From NCBI GenBank assembly GCA_046754105.1, contig JBHHVD010000034.1, forward strand, positions 1 to 30,871: a stretch of DNA of 30,871 bases, given 5' to 3'. The notes beneath the pieces are model-generated. The model ran no database searches. It was given only the letters and a program-made list of their open reading frames with translations, and was not told where the DNA came from. This document shows, piece by piece, positions 28,321 to 30,871 of the stretch. Both the position numbers and the translations under genes were made by a program. This DNA is from Candidatus Krumholzibacteriia bacterium. Lineage in GTDB: Bacteria > Krumholzibacteriota > Krumholzibacteriia > WVZY01. Positions within the stretch are counted from its first letter, which is position 1. Each line of letters starts with the position of its first letter.

Positions 28321-29316
28321 CTAATGGGCGGCGCTCAAGATGCGGTCCACCTGGCCGTTGTCGTCATCGAGCAGGTCCGCCTTGGGCAGGCGCCGCAGCA
28401 CTTCCACCCAGTTGCTGTCTCTGGCGAACACCTCCTTGAAGTACTCGATGGCCTCGTCCTCGTGGCCCGTCGTGAACAAGGTCAGGGCGGACCAGAACTG
28501 TATCTCGGTGATGTGCGGCGCCAACTCCATCGCTCGGCTGTACGCCTCGAGGGCCCCTTCGGTGTCCTTTTCGGCGAGGCGCTCGTCCCCTTGGTTCATG
28601 AATCGGTAGGCGCGGTTGATGCCGACGAGTCGTCGAAGTTCCTTGAGCGGCTCGGGGTGGTCCTCAACTCGCAGGTCCACGATCGTGTCCTTGTAGGGCA
28701 CTCCCGTGGGTTTGCCGGTGACCACCACGATGGCGGCGGATTGCCGGCCGCGGATGTCGCCACCCTCATCCTGCGCGGCTTCCAGGGCGGCCAGCATCTT
28801 CTCCGTCAGGTCGCCGTCGGTTTCCCGGAACGCCCGGGCCATCGCTTCCCACACCGTCGCCTTCTCCATCAAGTTCGCCATGACGATGAAATCCTTGCCC
28901 GACACGTGCCCCGCCTGCCGGATGCACTTGCGGCCTGTATGCACGGCGCGTGTGCCCGCGGCGTCCATCATACCCACCTGACGCCACTGCGGGTTCTCAT
29001 CCGAGCGCAGGAGCCCACGCAGCGCCTGTTCGGCTGTCTTGCCGGACTGCATCATCGCGAGCCCCAACGGCCCGTAGCTGATGTCGGTCAGCGACTGGGT
29101 CGCCACCGCGCCCACGCCGGCCCTTACCCACGGCACGTTCGAGCCGACCGAAAACCAGTGCGATTGCACGGCCACTCCGAGCTGCCCGGTTTTCGCGTCC
29201 CGGGCGATGATGGAATAGGTCGTAACGGGTCTGACCACCTCGCCGTCGACGACGATCGACATGGCGGGCGACAGGCAACAGGTAAGCAGCAGGACGGTCA
29301 ACATCAGCGATCTCAT
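28321..29316 (-). CDS. DUF1028 (Ntn-hydrolase fold) protein with signal peptide and C-terminal TPR (331 aa)
   Basis: GGAGG RBS and signal peptide. TYSIIARD...GQLGVAVQS, GVGAVATQS, GGDIRGRQSAA, DLRVEDHPEPL, then TPR-like GD...ALEAYSRAMELAP. Confidence 0.88.
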   Translation of the reverse strand: MRSLMLTVLLLTCCLSPAMSIVVDGEVVRPVTTYSIIARDAKTGQLGVAVQSHWFSVGSNVPWVRAGVGAVATQSLTDISYGPLGLAMMQSGKTAEQALRGLLRSDENPQWRQVGMMDAAGTRAVHTGRKCIRQAGHVSGKDFIVMANLMEKATVWEAMARAFRETDGDLTEKMLAALEAAQDEGGDIRGRQSAAIVVVTGKPTGVPYKDTIVDLRVEDHPEPLKELRRLVGINRAYRFMNQGDERLAEKDTEGALEAYSRAMELAPHITEIQFWSALTLFTTGHEDEAIEYFKEVFARDSNWVEVLRRLPKADLLDDDNGQVDRILSAAH

Positions 29317-29470
29317 CTCGGGCGGCCTCCGTGTTTGAGTTTGATTGTTGGATTGAGTATACTCGCGTTTCGTAAACCGGTTTGAGTAACAGAGGGGGCA
29401 AGACCCCGGGCGAGCTCGACGGCGAGGGCCCGGGCTGAATACCGGCATCCAGCCCGGACTTGAAAATATT

Positions 29471-30871
29471 ATGTGTGGAATCGCGGGCATAGTCAATAGC
29501 GACCGCGGCGGCGGGGTTTGCACGGAAACGCTCGATAAGATGTGCCGGGCGATCGACCACCGCGGCCCGGACGACTCGGGCACGTGGACAGACGGGGCTG
29601 CCGGCCTGGGTATGACGCGGCTGAGCATTATCGACGTTGCCGGCGGCAGGCAGCCGATACACAACGAGGACCGCACCGTGTGGGTCGTTTACAACGGTGA
29701 GATCTACAACCACCGCGACCTTCGACACGACCTCGAGCACCGAGGCCATTCCTTTCATACGCAGTCCGACACCGAGACCATCGTTCATCTCTACGAGGAA
29801 TACGGGGCGGAGTGTGTGCAGCACCTGCGCGGGATGTTCGCCTTCGCCGTCTGGGATTGCACACGGCAGCGTCTCTTCCTCGCCCGTGACCGTCTCGGCA
29901 TCAAGCCCCTGCACTATTTCCATGATGGAGCGAGATTTCTCTTTGGTTCGGAGATCAAATCCATCCTCGCCTGTCCCGGCGTGCCCCGTGACATGCACCC
30001 GCCGTCGCTCGTCACTTATTTCGCCTACGGCTACGTACCGGACCCTCAGACCATGTTCGAGGGCATCCACAAGCTGCCGCCGGCGCACACACTCGAGCTC
30101 GAGGGAGGCCGTACGACGCTTCGGCAGTACTGGGACGTTTGTTATGATACCGGGCCGCCTCGGTCGGAAACGTTCTACGTGGAGCGGCTTCTCGACATTC
30201 TCAGCGATGCCGTCAAGGTACGGTTGATGAGCGAAGTGCCGCTCGGTGCTTTTCTCAGCGGGGGCACCGACTCCAGCATGGTAGTCGCGCTCATGGCGCA
30301 GCATATGCACGAGCCGGTGAAGACGTTTTCGATCGGCTTTGAGGACGACGACTACAACGAACTCGGATACGCCCGCACGGTAGCAGAGCATTTCGGCACC
30401 GACCACCACGAGGAGATCATCCACCCGGACGCGGAAAGCGTCGTCGTCGATCTCGTCCGGCAATTCGATGAGCCATTCGCCGACTCGTCGGCGATACCGG
30501 CGTACTACGTGGCCCGCACAGCGCGCCGGCACGTGACGGTGGCGCTGTCCGGCGACGGGGGTGACGAGCTTTTTGCGGGCTATCTCCGCTACGTGGACGA
30601 CCCGCGTACGCGAGCGGCCAACCGCATCCCGGCGGCGCTGCGTGACCCGATACTGCTGGGGATTGCCGGGTTGTTGCCGGAAGGCTACCCGGGTGTCAAT
30701 TTTCTGCGCAACCTGTCCGGCACTACCGACCAACAGTACTTGAGACGCATGTCCCGCGGCATCACTACCGCGCACGAGAACATCCTCAGCGACGACATCT
30801 GCGAACGCGTACAGAGCAGCGACCCGTCGCCGGTCATGCTGGACTACCTGGAATCCATCAAGGCACGCGAC
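29471..30871 (+). CDS. asnB: asparagine synthase (glutamine-hydrolysing) family amidotransferase, 3' end outside window
   Basis: Read from the DNA because it is absent from the ORF track: MCGIAG, HRGPD, RLSIID, YNGEIYN, SDTE, ARDRLGIKPL, FLSGGTDSS, LSGDGGDELFAGY. Confidence 0.93.
   Translation, partial: MCGIAGIVNSDRGGGVCTETLDKMCRAIDHRGPDDSGTWTDGAAGLGMTRLSIIDVAGGRQPIHNEDRTVWVVYNGEIYNHRDLRHDLEHRGHSFHTQSDTETIVHLYEEYGAECVQHLRGMFAFAVWDCTRQRLFLARDRLGIKPLHYFHDGARFLFGSEIKSILACPGVPRDMHPPSLVTYFAYGYVPDPQTMFEGIHKLPPAHTLELEGGRTTLRQYWDVCYDTGPPRSETFYVERLLDILSDAVKVRLMSEVPLGAFLSGGTDSSMVVALMAQHMHEPVKTFSIGFEDDDYNELGYARTVAEHFGTDHHEEIIHPDAESVVVDLVRQFDEPFADSSAIPAYYVARTARRHVTVALSGDGGDELFAGYLRYVDDPRTRAANRIPAALRDPILLGIAGLLPEGYPGVNFLRNLSGTTDQQYLRRMSRGITTAHENILSDDICERVQSSDPSPVMLDYLESIKARD

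Noticed and set aside
28997..30775. 592-aa - strand ORF
   Set aside because: Antisense shadow of asnB, which carries all the expected motifs on the + strand.

Overview
GC-rich bacterial chromosomal window, mostly housekeeping genes, with no mobile element, CRISPR array, tRNA or rRNA that I can support. In order: the 3' end of an SGNH/GDSL hydrolase; a strong sigma70-type promoter and a ~370-nt structured leader; two tandem ~1050-aa secreted paralogues with a C-terminal FlgD-Ig/T9SS-like sorting domain; a fadN-fadA-fadE beta-oxidation operon (- strand); an NlpC/P60 lipoprotein; a GbsR/MarR regulator plus a divergent polyprenyl synthase; a membrane protein; a uridine-kinase-like P-loop protein plus a sucrose/mannosylfructose-phosphate-synthase-like GT4; a cyclophilin; ligA; a dipeptidyl peptidase III; an atypical family-4-like uracil-DNA glycosylase; an MBL-fold hydrolase; a large hypothetical protein behind a candidate sigma54 promoter; an ion-transporter-superfamily antiporter plus a hypothetical protein; a DUF1028-TPR protein; and the 5' part of asnB. 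The sorting-domain proteins suggest an FCB-group organism such as Krumholzibacteriota/Latescibacterota (inference). I cannot demonstrate a new multi-gene system. The best leads are the tandem secreted proteins with their leader RNA, the kinase-GT4 pair, the His-to-Asn UDG variant and the sigma54-linked hypothetical protein. All family assignments come from motif recognition by eye, not from database searches.
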